Source: Eledone cirrhosa (lineage: Eukaryota). From it: a stretch of 64,000 bases of DNA. Under the pieces are notes generated by a model, which ran no database searches, was not told the DNA's origin, and saw only the letters and a program-made list of their open reading frames with translations. Of this stretch, positions 1-13,274 are shown piece by piece; the stretch's first letter is position 1, and every line of letters starts with the position of its first letter. Where the stretch lies: the NCBI GenBank assembly GCA_964016885.1, contig OZ024741.1, positions 187,736,001-187,800,000 of the forward strand, read 5' to 3'. A program made the translations under genes and the position numbers.

Positions 1-13
1 TGCAAATAGATAG

Positions 14-430
14 ATTTCTTTATTAGCCACAAGGGCGCAACAAGAAAGGGGACAATACAAAGACATGCCGGCGATTTTACATACAGTCGTGTAAAAAATA
101 TAAAAACAAACAATTTCAACAATCGAAATCCCCAATAGGGGGGAGGCGCCACAAATGGGTTGTTTAATACCCCGTCGATAGAACAACCCTCAACTCAAGG
201 AGCGTGTTGTGCAAGTGCTCCTTTCTTCCTTTTGCTCTCTTCCTCAACCTACAGGCTTATAAACAGAGAAGGCCCAATCACTCGGGCCATTTTCGCTTCA
301 TTCACCCACCTTTCAGTAAATTTACTGGGGTGCAGTGCCTCTCTCTCCACCCTGATTCTCCTTCTAAAGTGATACTTAAAGAAGGGAATCAATTGTTGTC
401 CGGAGAGAAAGGCATCTGTCAGATATGCAG
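14..430 (-). mobile_element. 3' fragment of a Tx1/L1-like LINE (ORF2 C-terminus plus 3' UTR)
   Basis: Minus frame reads DAFLSGQQLIPFFKYHFRRRIRVEREALHPSKFTERWV..*, resembling L1/Tx1 ORF2 ends. Its 3' end resembles 7915-7975. Confidence 0.55.
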
Positions 431-431
431 G

Positions 432-615
432 TAGAGAGGGCTCGCTGGAAGGAGTGTTTGAGGACTCTGCCCCCATGACCCCCTAAGGAATAAGTGGGCG
501 AAGAAGAAGAAGAAGAAGAAGAAGAAGAAGAAGAAGAAGAAGAAGAAGATGATGATGATGATGATGATCATGATCATGATCATGATGATAATGATGATGG
601 TGATGATGGAAGATG
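432..615 (+). mobile_element. RTE LINE 3' terminus with (GAA)n/(GAT)n tail
   Basis: cgctggaaggagtgtttgagga..aataagtgggcga(aga)n matches the reverse complement of the RTE 3' end at 48180-48250. Confidence 0.65.
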
Positions 616-825
616 ATAATCAGAAAAAATAGCAGGGAAAACAAAATATCAGATTTTATCATCTTTCAACACGTTGAATATGTCTGTGTCAAAGGTGAGA
701 GGAGGTGGAAGAGAAGTAGAGAGAGAAGCGGGGTATGAGTGAGCTATTTGGGGATACATATACATACAGATATATATATATATATATAAATATATATACA
801 TACAGATATATATATATATATATAA

Positions 826-1040
826 GGATCGATCGACTTTTGTCAAATCGGACCGAGGAAACAATGTTTCCGTCGGTCTTTCCAGTTGCTAATACTATCT
901 ATCGGTCGCAACTCCAGGTAGAAGGAGCAACGTGAAATAAAGTGTCTTGCTCAAGGACATATCGCATTGCTCGGTCCAGGAATCGAACTCACTACCTCAC
1001 GATTGTAAATCCAATTCTCTAACCACTCAGCCACACGCCT
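826..1040 (-). mobile_element. tRNA-derived SINE, family B (Meta-domain-like core)
   Basis: A box (tggctgagtgg), B box (gttcgattcc) and core tgtccttgagcaagacacttta. Homologous to 52484-52693 and 13275-13487. Confidence 0.85.
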
Positions 1041-1128
1041 AAATATATATACATACAGATATATATATAAATTTTTATATATATATATATATATATACAG
1101 CTCCAACCGGGATTGAACGATATATATA

Positions 1129-1330
<202 letters not shown>

Positions 1331-1354
1331 TATATATATATATATATATATATA

Positions 1355-1660
<306 letters not shown>

Positions 1661-2070
1661 GGAGATGAGTGGGTGGTAGATAAGTGAGCAGATGCGTGAG
1701 AAAGACAAAGTGAGAGAGAAAGAACAATTGTGAGAGAGGCAGGGAAAATGTGGGAAAGAGATGACGGCGGACGTAATACAGACGGAGCATTAGAGAGAGA
1801 GAGAGAGAGAGATGGGAGAAAGAGGTAGAGATAGAGAAAAAGAATGTGTATTAGAGAATGAAATAAGAGAGATGAAAGTTGCAGAAAGTAAGAGAGAAAG
1901 TGAAACATGTGGGAAGTGAGAAAGCATGGGAGATGTGAGAAAGTGGAAGAGGTAGAGATAGTAAAAGAGAAATGAGAAAGAAAGTGGGGAAGATGCCAGA
2001 TGAAAGAAAATGGTGACTAAGTAAGAAAGAGAAAGTGAGAGAGCGAATTAGAAAGTATTTATATATATGT

Positions 2071-2109
<39 letters not shown>

Positions 2110-2425
2110 GATAAGCATGAAAGATAAAGTAAGTTTAAGAGGAGTGTGTGAGTGAGGGGGAGGGAAAGTGTAATAGACGTGTGTGATAAATATCGAGTAG
2201 AAAACTGCGTATCCCGCCAATAATGAGTGTTAAGTGGATAGGGTGAACTACAAGACTATTACAACAAATATCAACGTCACCAACAGAAGCAATGATCCAG
2301 CAGACCTATGATCAAAGATGCTCCAGCAATGATGACCCTATCTTTTATTTCGAATGACATTACGCAATGTATTCTTCCTAATCGAACACATCCGTGATAA
2401 AAAGATGTTCCAGCTATGACCACCT

Positions 2426-3010
2426 AGTGAATTGGCAGAATTGGTAAAGGGCTGGACACCATGCTTTGCAGCGTAGAGTTACGGCCCTTTACGTTCTGAG
2501 TTCAATTCCCTCCTAGGTTAACTTTGCCTTTCATCCTTACGGGATCGATAAAATAAAATACCAGTAATGCACTGGGATAATTGCTGGCCTTGTGCCAAAA
2601 GTAGAAACAATTATATTTAGACATTAGGGCAGTGGATTGACAATATCGGTAGAAGGTCGGACGCCATGCTTTGCAGCATAGTGTTATGGCCCTTTATGAT
2701 TTAAGTTCAAATCCCGCCGGGGTTAACGTTGCCTTTCATCCTTACGGGGTCGATAAAATAAAGTACCAGTAATGCACTGGGGTAATTGCTGACCTTGTGC
2801 CAAAAGTAGAAACAATTATATTTAGACATTAGGGCGGTGGATTGGCAGAATCGGTAGAGCGTCCGACAACATGCTTTGTGACATAAAGTTTCCTTTTACA
2901 TTCTGAGTTTAAATCCCACCGAGGTTAGCTTTGCCTTTCATCCTTACCGGATCGATAAAACAAAGCACCAGTAATGAACTGGGTCGATTTATTCAACTTT
3001 CCACTCCCCT
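2426..3010 (+). mobile_element. Tandem trimer of tRNA-derived SINE family A (Nin/Deu-like core)
   Basis: Three ~205-bp units, each with tggcagaat.ggt, gttcaaatcc and gcctttcatccttacggggtcgataaaataaagtaccag. Confidence 0.85.
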
Positions 3011-3059
3011 AAAATTGTCCTTCCTGTTTTTAGCACAAGGTTGGCCCTCTTCCCCCACT

Positions 3060-3470
3060 CGTATGTAACCATCCAGTCTTTGTATACGAACGTAGTGTAC
3101 CTAGAACTATATTATCTAATATGTCTTCCTTGTTGATTAGCCTCTTGTTAACCTTGATGTAGTGGATCTTTGATCAACGATCTCTTTGAGCTCTGACAGT
3201 CTTCTATTGAGATATCGTGTCTAAGGAGTCAATTATCTAATATGTTCTTTTTTGTTATGTTTGTTGCTGCTGCAAATGTTCCGAACGTGATCACCCAGTT
3301 GTATATTCAACCATAGTGCATCTAGGACTACATTATATAATGTCTCCTTCCTTATTAATGCTGTTTAGCCACTAGTCAGCCCTGAAACCATATCGTCATC
3401 CTCATCGACAAAATCAGTTCACACTCTTTAGCCCCTGGTCAACCCTGAGCCAGCAGACCTATGACCAAAA
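3060..3470 (-). repeat. Degenerate clustered copies of a dispersed SINE/LINE-tail repeat
   Basis: Recurrent tagtgtatctaggactacattat and tttagcccc.ggtca.ccctga..cagacctatga motifs. Also near 2295, 6845-6940, 23110-23230 and 31815-31930. Confidence 0.5.
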
Positions 3471-4209
3471 TGGTAATCATAATTCTACAAATCTTTCTTT
3501 CGGATTTATTGTGTATTACATATGTAGGGGTATTGTTTGTGCATCAGTGTACAAGTATACACATAACCACGCGAATGCTTAGGTACAAACCAATGAGAAA
3601 GAAACCGTAACTAAATCTCCCTGGAATGACTCTACCTTTCCTCCCTACACATAAGAAAGGGTGTTAGATGGAATCGCGTTTGTCATAGGTATTCTTGGTC
3701 GAGTGTGACCTAAGATTAAACAACGACGGTCCTTAAACATACGCAACCACATGTTTGCACGAATAAAAATTCACGGTGAATATCAACAATATATATATAG
3801 AGAGATAGATATATATATGGAGTAATTAAAATAATATCAGAACAAAGATGAGAAACAAACGGGCAAGAATAGTTATTGAGAAGGCCACACTATGTGTGAT
3901 GAAAGCGCTTTCACAATTTACAATTGCTAAAACAACCAGCCGGTGAGTGAATGGATGTTACACAATAACAAACTGAAGCGAAACACAACTGATGCTTGCG
4001 TTTTTATTGACACCATAACCCTAGCAAATTATAACAATATCTACTTCAATAAACGATTTCACATCAAGAATCTTGTAAAGCAAATGCAAAAAAAAATTAT
4101 ATATATAAAAATAAGTTCGAAATTCAGGCCATAAGCGCCTTTGAATTATTTCCCTTTGCCCTTTTTACTTTATATGTTTACGTGTGCACGCGCGCGCACA
4201 CATACACAC

Positions 4210-4265
<56 letters not shown>

Positions 4266-4816
4266 GCGTGTATACGTTGATAATACCTCGGACACATACA
4301 GGTTGTTAAACGGAATAACAGAGCATTGCAAGATATGTAAATAAATATTTCATGGCGTGTGCGCTTATGTGTGAAAAAGTGAGGGTGAGGGAATAAGTGA
4401 GAGCTTGCCTGTAAGTGTGTGTGTACTGAAGTTCATGTGTATGTGTGTGTGTGTTTTGAGCAGCTAACATTGTATTAATATATCAACAGAAATCACGCAA
4501 CGAAGCGCGCGCTTATACGCATGTGTGTATCGATGGATGTATTACACATGTATGCGCGTATGTATGTACGTAAATACGCATATATGTTTGCATGTATGTT
4601 TGTTTGTATGCGCGTGTTTGTGTGTTTGTGTGTCCGTATGCTGCTAATTCAGTGAGAGCAAACTGTTTGTTTACGTTCAGCATGCCATCGTTAATAAACA
4701 TTGCAATAATATTGCGGAATCGAGATAACATACATACAGAAACCCACAAATATGGAGACAGGCAAACACAGCAATACAAAACTTTATATATACACAAATT
4801 CAATCATTAGAAAATG

Positions 4817-4978
4817 AATACATACATACATACATACATACATACATACATACATACATACATACGTGCAAACATGCATACTTGCATACATACATACATA
4901 CATACATACATACATACATACATACATACATACGTACGTACGTACATACATACATACATACATACATACATACATACA

Positions 4979-5011
<33 letters not shown>

Positions 5012-5201
5012 CATTCGAATTATACAAAGATATTAAATCATTCGAACAAGCGAAAAAAAATCTATATACATACATACACATATACATACATGCATACATA
5101 CGTACATACATGCATGCATAAATGCATACATAAATACATACATGCATACATGCATACATACATGCATGCATACATACATACATACATGCATAAATCTATA
5201 C

Positions 5202-5232
<31 letters not shown>

Positions 5233-5300
5233 CATACATACATACATACATACATACATACATACATACACGCGTGCATGCATGCATACATACATATATG
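4817..5300. repeat. (TACA)n microsatellite
   Basis: Direct inspection. Confidence 0.95.
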
Positions 5301-5594
5301 TATGCACACACAGAAACCTAAACATAGGTATACAAACACACATATTCATGTAAAATAATCTCAACATTATTTCTTCAAAATGTAAACAAATCTGAAAGGA
5401 GTTAGTTTTCAGACAATGATATCATAAAAAAACCTTTTAAAACAAGTTATTGAAAATCTGAGACAGGTAGGAACTGTGTGTGTGTATGTGTGTGTGTGTG
5501 TGTGTGTGTGGGGGGGGGGGGGTGCGTGTGTGCGTGTGTTTATCTGTGTCTGTGTCTGTTTTTGTGTGTATGCGCGTGTGTGTGTCTGTGTGTA

Positions 5595-5630
<36 letters not shown>

Positions 5631-5976
5631 TGTTTATCTGTGTCTGTGTGTGTCTTTGTGTGTATGTGCGCGCGTGTGTGTGTGTGTGTGTGTGTGTGTA
5701 CAGAGAAATAACAAATGTCACACAGAGCTATGTTAACATTTACAATGTACATTTGCACAAAATTAATCTAAAAAAAATAATAAAAATACATAACGATAGT
5801 CGTGTGTTGGTACTTTTAGAAAAACTGCATAAATATGTGTAAAAAATGCATGAGCAAACGTATAAATACATCAACGAATATTTTAGTAATATATATATAT
5901 AGCCGTCGAAACGGCTTGGGCTCTGCCGTCGGGGTCTGGAACATTTTCCTATATATATATATGTGTGTGTGTTGTG

Positions 5977-6015
<39 letters not shown>

Positions 6016-6390
6016 CTCAATGTATGCAAAATAGCGTATATTTAACAATGTATAATTTAAAACTGTAAAGAAAATAAATGTATATTTTATAGTCTGTATA
6101 GCAATTAAAAACTTGAATAAGTTACAAAATGATCAGTCCGTAACACGAACTCGTTGCTTACCTTGGCATACAATGTTTAGATTTAACAGAACTATTATCA
6201 TTAAGAGAGGGCATTATCATCATCATCATCATCATCATTATCATTATCATCATCATCGTTGTCATCTTTGCTAGTAGTAGTAGTAGTAGTAGTAGTAGTA
6301 ATAGTTCTAAGCGTGTTGCTATATATATATATATATATATTCCTGTTTGTATACTTGTGTATGTGTATGTGTGATAAATATGTGTGTATA

Positions 6391-6433
<43 letters not shown>

Positions 6434-6586
6434 AAAGTTTAATATCGTATATATATATATATATATATGTATATTTCCTGCACAAATCTTGCCCTGTATC
6501 AATTTGGTTAATTTTGTTATTGTTGTTGTTGTCGATGACTGGAAAGGAGCAAAGAGAAAGCGATAGAGAAAGGGGGTAAAAGTGAA

Positions 6587-6639
6587 TGAGGTCATCATTG
6601 GCTGTTACCTTATATGGCAACAGCCAATGAAAACAGCTG
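6587..6639. promoter_or_regulatory. Candidate cis-regulatory module: CArG box flanked by inverted CCAAT boxes, plus an E-box
   Basis: CCTTATATGG at 6608-6617 inside the palindrome cattggctgtt..aacagccaatg. CAGCTG at 6634, TGAGGTCA at 6587. Confidence 0.35.
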
Positions 6640-6640
6640 A

Positions 6641-6747
6641 TTGCGACCAAGAAAACGAACAAGTCAAGACATGTTTTCACTTCTACGTTCCCCCCGTAGA
6701 AGTGGAAACATGCCTTGGCTTGTTCGGTTTCTTCTTCGTTTTCGCAA
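6641..6747 (+). other. Long imperfect hairpin (~39-bp stem, 7-nt loop)
   Basis: aagaaaacgaacaagtcaagacatgttttcacttctacg pairs with cgtagaagtggaaacatgccttggcttgttcggtttctt (2 G-U pairs, 2 mismatches on +). Confidence 0.8.
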
Positions 6748-7081
6748 CAAAGTAACAACACGGTCTTACTTGGCCTGCTAAAATTATCAAATAAATCTCT
6801 CTCAAATATCATAAATATAGAAATAACATGTGCGATAATGCCGTGTAGCCCTAGGTGCATATAAATGAAAGACTGGATTGATGATCATGGCTGGAACGCC
6901 TATTATAATAATAATTGTGACCTGGGGATAAATAACAACAGCATTTATATTAATATTATCGTTGTTTGACAGTTTGCACTGGCTAATTTTTTTTAACAAT
7001 GCCAACACATATAAGTTCTTACCTATCTCTCTCTCTCTCTCTCTCACTATCTATCTCCCTCTCTCTTTATATATGTATATA

Positions 7082-7507
7082 TATTTGGCTGACCTGGGGT
7101 TAAACAATTAAGTCAACAGGCGGTGATAAATAAAACACACACAAATATATATATTTAGGTAAATTAGTCGATATATATATATAGAGAGAGACAGACAGAT
7201 AAAAGTTAGACAGCCAGATCCCCCTCTCTCTAAGTCAACAGGCGGTGATAAATAAAACACTCACAAATATATATATTTAGGTAAATTAGTCGATATATAT
7301 ATAGAGAGAGAGACACAGACAGATAAAAGTTAGACAGCCAGATCCCTCTCTCTCTTTATATATGTATATATATATAGAGAGAGAGAGGGTCTGGCTGTCT
7401 CTCTCTCTATATATATATCGACTAATTTACTTAAATATATATATTTGTGTGTGTTTTATTTATCACCGCCTGTTGACTTAATTGTTTAACCCCAGGTCAG
7501 CCAAATA
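7082..7507. repeat. Inverted duplication centred on (TA)n, with an internal direct duplication
   Basis: 7082-7230 is partly repeated at 7231-7355 and inverted at 7378-7507. Confidence 0.85.
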
Positions 7508-7914
7508 CATTACCTATTTAAAAAATTGTTTCTGTTCACGCGTGCGTTTGTTTATGTGTTGTCGGCGAAGAATATACACCGGCCAATAAACCGGTGCTAT
7601 CATACAAAATACCTTGTAATATTTCCTACGCCTAAGTTGCAAAGACTTCTTCCTAACTCGATCCTTGTTATATTCTTCGTCGCAGTTGCTGCGAATCAGT
7701 TATTGACATATTTATCTGCCGTCCGTTTTAACACCACCGCATGATTCTTGGGTGTCTTTATCGGAAATATTCCAAACATTCGAACCCGGTTTCTGATTTG
7801 AGGATACCTTCCTCCCTTTCACTGGTCTCGTAAACCTTGAAAGAGCAGTGGGCATTCTCTCTCTCTCTCTCTCTCTGACAAAACAGTAAGAAAATAAACT
7901 TTTATGCATTGATA

Positions 7915-8860
7915 ATGATTTCTTTGTTTGACCACAAGAGGCCAAGACACTGGGGACAATGCAGGGACAAACACAACACAGAGTGGAGTTTACATCGAGT
8001 AAGAATAGATGAAATCAACAAAAACAATGGATTTAACTCGGAAAGACGCGCCTGGAAAAGGGTGACCACACCTGCTCACTGTTTAAGAATGTCAATAGAT
8101 GTCTGTGCATCCCAATCCAAATAGATTACCTGAGTCATGGAACGAGTCCCTTCTACGAAAGGTAAAAAGAAGATGCTACAGTTTCGTCACACTTAAACTA
8201 GAGCAAAGCACGACAGTGAAGCAGTAGCATATAACAGCGGCAATAAACACGATTTCTACCTTCGCCCGAACTTTCTGATATAACTTCTTTTTGCACTAGT
8301 TTCTATCAACTTGGAGATCTTAATCGAAGCAAACCCCAAGCAACGTTAACCGGTCCACCTGACCAGCGCTGTCCTATGGCATGGACCTGCCTCTCCAGGT
8401 TGATTGTTGCACGGGTCAACACCTCGAATTCTTTAGAACGGTGCCAACTACCCCAATATCTCTAGTATCCTAGTTTGTGTGGGATGTCCCTCAAGACCTC
8501 TAGTTTCTACATTAGTGGATCGAGAGGCAGTATACACAGAAGGAATAAAATAGAGTTTCTACTTTTGGCACAAGGCCAGCGATTACCCCAGTGCATGACT
8601 GGTACTTTATTTTATCGACCCCGAAAAGCAAAGTTTACCTCGGCGGATTTGAACTCAGAACGCAAAGGGCAATAGCTCTATGCTGCAAAACATGGTGTCT
8701 GACGCTCTATCGATACTGCCAAACCACCGTGTCTAAATATAATAAAATAGAACACACTTGATGGGCTGAGCGCATGATTCGAAGCGTTTCTGAAAGGTGG
8801 CCATTTATTCTGATCACTGAACAGATGCTACTAAATATTGAAGCAGTAACCGGGTTCATA
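7915..8860 (-). mobile_element. Decayed Tx1/L1-like LINE, interrupted by a SINE
   Basis: Remnant RT motifs RINGHLSETLRIMRSAHQVC (cf. INGxLSxxFxIxRSVRQGC) and KEFEVLTRATINLER. 3' end resembles 14-60. Confidence 0.55.
8555..8730 (-). mobile_element. SINE family A
   Basis: Reverse complement of the 2626-2815 unit. Confidence 0.85.
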
Positions 8861-9879
8861 TATATGAGTTCTTTTCGAGTAGACCGTGCAGATAACAAAT
8901 TTGGGGTCTGTGTAGTTGAGCAGTTGAAATTGGGGACATTTTACACTATTCCTGCCTGTTCACTTCTAGATACGTTCTGGATAAGACAATGCGGTTGTTC
9001 CATGTCCACACTGACACATTCGGGATATCCAGTAGGTACTTGTCAGACAAATGGAAATGTCTGAGCAGGTTTGTGAGGCTTTAGCATGTTTGTCACGCAT
9101 CTGCTGCTCACCAGCTCAGCGTCTATGGTGGATGAGAAAGTCTGGCTATGTTGATCTCTCAGTTTCAGAATTGGAAGGAGGTGTAGAATTAGTGGTCGTT
9201 CAAAGAACTAAACAGTTTGATCGCACCCCTCACCACTTCTACTAATGAGATAGCAGCAACTAAGTACCACCCAAGGCTAAAATAAACATAGTAATAAAAT
9301 ACAGTTGGTGGCAAGGATGATCGGAAAGATTTATAACTGAAAATGTTCTTAAAAACGAAATAAGCTACAACCAAAATAAAGGTCTGAAAGCATGCTTGCT
9401 ATACCATGTCAAGGGCCCTTAATAGGCGTATCTTGAGTATGTTAAAATTGGTGGAACTCGTTCCTCTCCAGGGCGCAACACCACCGATTTCTTCCAGAGA
9501 GAGAGTCCTGGTAATTTATTGATCAATTTATTGAAAGGATGAGTGGCAAAGTTGACCGCAGCAGGATTTGAACCCAGATCACAGAGAGTCGAGATGTAAC
9601 AAATGCTCCAACATCAAAGCATGTTTAGAAGAATTAAAATATTTATATCAAAGATTGCTAACAGATCACAGTCATTTTATTGCAAACTCGTCTACATTTC
9701 AATGCTTCGAAAAGTTCCATTTTCGACTGAAAGAGTTTACAATCTTTAAGTTTTTTTTTTTGTTTTTTTTGTTGTTGCTAGGTCTGGAGGAGAGGGCAGT
9801 GCCTATGACCTTCGCAGTTTCCCCAAGAGCAATGAAACTGATGCCGTGTATGTTCCGCTCGAGCTATTGCTAGTTGATG

Positions 9880-10100
9880 CCTATTGGAATGATATGAACA
9901 GGCAGAAAAACGAAGAGACTTTTTAGGGGAGGAAAGGGCATAGTGATGACAGGAAGATTGCCTGAGTGGAGTTGGTAGGGAAATAACTAGCTCAAATGAG
10001 CAGAGGCAATTGTAGCAACGATGAAAAGACAGAGAGAAGCGACTGCAGGATTGTGGGGCCAATGCCTGGATGGGTTGGTCACTTTTTTGCCAATTAGACG
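9880..10100 (-). mobile_element. Decayed CR1/L2-group LINE 3' fragment
   Basis: Minus frame IQALA..SLSFHRCYNCLCSFELVISLP resembles the LQPLxxRRxVxSLSLFYRYYNGxCSxEL C-terminal motif. Confidence 0.5.
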
Positions 10101-10126
10101 AGTGACTTTTAAGTATATATATAATA

Positions 10127-10299
10127 CAGTGAAATTCCGTTATAACGAAATTCACGGGGTACAGAAAAAATCGTTGTAACGAAAAATTCTTTATAACGAG
10201 ATCGACCTAATACATCGAACGTGTGGCCGGGGATGAAAAAAATGTCGTTATACTGAACAATTCGTTATAATGGTATTCGTTATAACGGAATTTTAGCAG
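10127..10299. mobile_element. Tc1/mariner (pogo/Tigger-like) MITE
   Basis: TIRs cagtgaaattccgttataacgaa / ttcgttataacggaattttagcag, flanked by TA. Confidence 0.75.
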
Positions 10300-10430
10300 T
10301 ATATCATACATCTTCCAAAATGACTGACTAACTACACGCTTTTTTCGTCTTCGTTTCTTTTCTTACTCTCGTCTTCGTTTCTTTTCTTACTCACGTCTTT
10401 CTTTCTATTTCTTTTTCTATCTGTCATAAA

Positions 10431-10466
10431 TTTTCCGATGAAAGACAAACGTCTGAAACGTTAAGA
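10431..10466 (+). ncRNA. Degenerate minimal HHR
   Basis: cCGATGA-a-agac-aaac-gtct-GAAAC-GTT-aaga. Same family as 33985-34020. Confidence 0.45.
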
Positions 10467-10573
10467 CTCTTTTCTTACTATATCAAGCATTAACCGGATA
10501 TATTTCATCAATGTATATCAACATCTCCCGTGTTGTTCTTTCTTTATTGACTTTTCGCATTTTCGCGCGCGCG

Positions 10574-10656
<83 letters not shown>

Positions 10657-10670
10657 ACACACACACACAC

Positions 10671-10733
<63 letters not shown>

Positions 10734-11029
10734 TAGAATTCTTTTGTCTAACACATATAGACACTTTCCTTTGTTTTATTTCATTAAGTGCGTACATTCA
10801 TATACACATACATAGGCATACGCATAAACACATATGTATATAAATAAATAAATAAACACTCACACAAACATATATATATATATAACGAAGGAGTTGTGGG
10901 AACGAGATGGACCATAACGCACCAGAGTACTCAATACTTAGGGTAGTAGAGTGGGTAATAGGAAAATGTATGACCCCGACGGTAGAGCTCAGTCCAGAAA
11001 TAGCCGTCGAAAGGGCTTGAGCTCTGGCA

Positions 11030-11304
11030 CCGCTTGTAGGTTTGAATGCTTATGTATATTTTCTGATATTATTCATTCACACCTCGCTGCTTAAAAAGCA
11101 ATATAAATCGACATCAGTACATGACTGGTACTTTTGTTTATTGACTCGGCAAGATATGAACTCAAAGAATAAAGAGCATTAAAACATTTTGTCCGATATT
11201 CGAACGATTCTGCCAAACCACACTCTAAAGATAGTGCGTAGATACACAGAAAATAGGTGTGCCCATGTGTATACATATGTGTGTGTATGCATGTATATGT
11301 GTTG

Positions 11305-11338
<34 letters not shown>

Positions 11339-11344
11339 CAACAC

Positions 11345-11407
<63 letters not shown>

Positions 11408-11682
11408 CAACACATATACATGCATACACAAACATATGTATACACATGGGCACACCTATTTTCTGTGTATCTACGCACTATCTTTAGAGTGTGGTTTGGC
11501 AGAATCGTTAGAATATCGGACAAAATGTTTTAATGCTCTTTATTCTTTGAGTTCATATCTTGCCGAGTCAATAAACAAAAGTACCAGTCATGTACTGATG
11601 CCGATTTATATTGCTTTTTAAGCAGCGAGGTGTGAATGAATAATATCAGAAAATATACATAAGCATTCAAACTTACAAGCGG
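11030..11682. repeat. ~300-bp-arm inverted duplication centred on (TA)n, containing a SINE
   Basis: 11030-11350 is the reverse complement of 11397-11682, with a few substitutions. Confidence 0.95.
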
Positions 11683-12029
11683 GCTTTCATATAAATAACA
11701 CACAAAAACACATATACACTTATACACTAATATTAACTTTTTGCACCAGATATCCATAGATAAGGCGGCAGCGGCGTGCAGAGCTCTGGTGATACACGGG
11801 GAAAATCTTGATTGTATGCCCCAAAGACTCAACTTTAAGGCCTAAAATACTCAGAAATATTATGAGAAAGGAAAATATTTTGAATATATAAACACAGATG
11901 AAACATGAAATAAACGCTTTATTCGATCTTAATATAAATCAATCAAATTTATTAAGTTATTTTCCCCAAATGATGCCCCCATCCAAAGGATACCCCCCCC
12001 CCCCCACCCCCTCTGTAAACAGCTGTAAG

Positions 12030-12910
12030 ACGGTGTATTGACAGAGTCGTTAGAACGTCGGGTAGAATGCTTTCCGGTACTCGTTTCGGCTCTCTGCTTT
12101 TTGATTTCAAATTCTGCCGAGATCACCTTTGCATTTCATCCTCTCGAGGTCCATAAAGAAAGTAGCAGTTATGTATTGGGGTCGGTTCTTCCTCTATATA
12201 TGTTTCTCACTTCATCTCTATCATTCTCTCTCTTTACTCACGAAGAAATAGGCCGTATTCAAACATGGAGTGGGTGTAAGCTCTGCTAGATTTAAAAAAA
12301 AAATAATTGTTTCTACTTTAGGCACAAGGCCAGCAATACTCAGTACATTACTGGTACTTTATTTTATCGACCCCGTAAGGATGAAAGGCAAAGTTAACCT
12401 CAGCGGGATTTGAACTCAAACCGTAAAGGGAAGTAACTATGCTAGAATGCATGGCGTCCAACCCTCTACCGATACTGCCAATTAAAAAAAAAATAATAAT
12501 ACCCAAGAAACGCTGTCTGTCGATGTGGCACTCTACGACTCCACCAAGAGTTGCGGGTCCATACACACATATATACAGAAAGGGAGAGAGCGAGAGGGAG
12601 ATAGATAGGTAGGGATAGATAGATAGAGAGAAAGAGAGAAAGAGGGAGAGAGAGAGAAAGAGGGAGAGAGAGAGAGTGAAAGAGGGAGAGAAAGAGGGGG
12701 GGGGTGATTCACATACATACACACACACACATAAGGGCGGTGTATTGGAAGATTCGTTAGAGCGTAGGACAAAATGCTTTGCAACATTTACTTAAGTCAA
12801 CTTTGACTTTGATTCTTTCATGGGTCAATAAAATAGGTACCAGTCAAGTACTGGGTAGATTTAATCGACTTTCCTCTCCCCACAGAATTGCTGACCTCGT
12901 GCCTAAAGTA
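12030..12910. mobile_element. Three SINE family A copies (12030-12185 +, 12305-12482 -, 12735-12910 +)
   Basis: Shared A/B boxes and the tttcatcc..gataaa..gtaccag core. Confidence 0.75.
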
Positions 12911-13274
12911 AAATATATGTGAGTGAGTAAAGATTTTTTTCTTAACTTGTTTGCTTTTTCCATATTTGATATTATTAGGCTCTGAATCTGTTAATTTTAT
13001 TAACTCATTCATAGAACCAAACTCAGTATAAGTTGGACACTGTATGTATGTATCTATACTTGTGTAGAGATGTGTATCCTTCTTCATTTAATATAATATA
13101 TATATATGTGTGTGTGTGTGTGTGTTTGTGAGTGTGTGTGTGTGTGAGTGTGTATGTGAGTGTGTGTGTGTGTGAATCCCGGGTTCAATCAGGGGAAACC
13201 GCAGTAAATAAGGTCCCCAATACATGTAAACAACAAATTTGTGTAAACAACAAATTTGTTATATATATATATAT

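Noticed and set aside
3885-3945. tgatgaaagcgctttca as an HHR
   Set aside because: The core and stems could not be assembled convincingly on either strand.
6201-6860. 219-aa minus-strand ORF as a host gene
   Set aside because: More than half is microsatellite and the rest overlaps palindromes; no recognisable domain.
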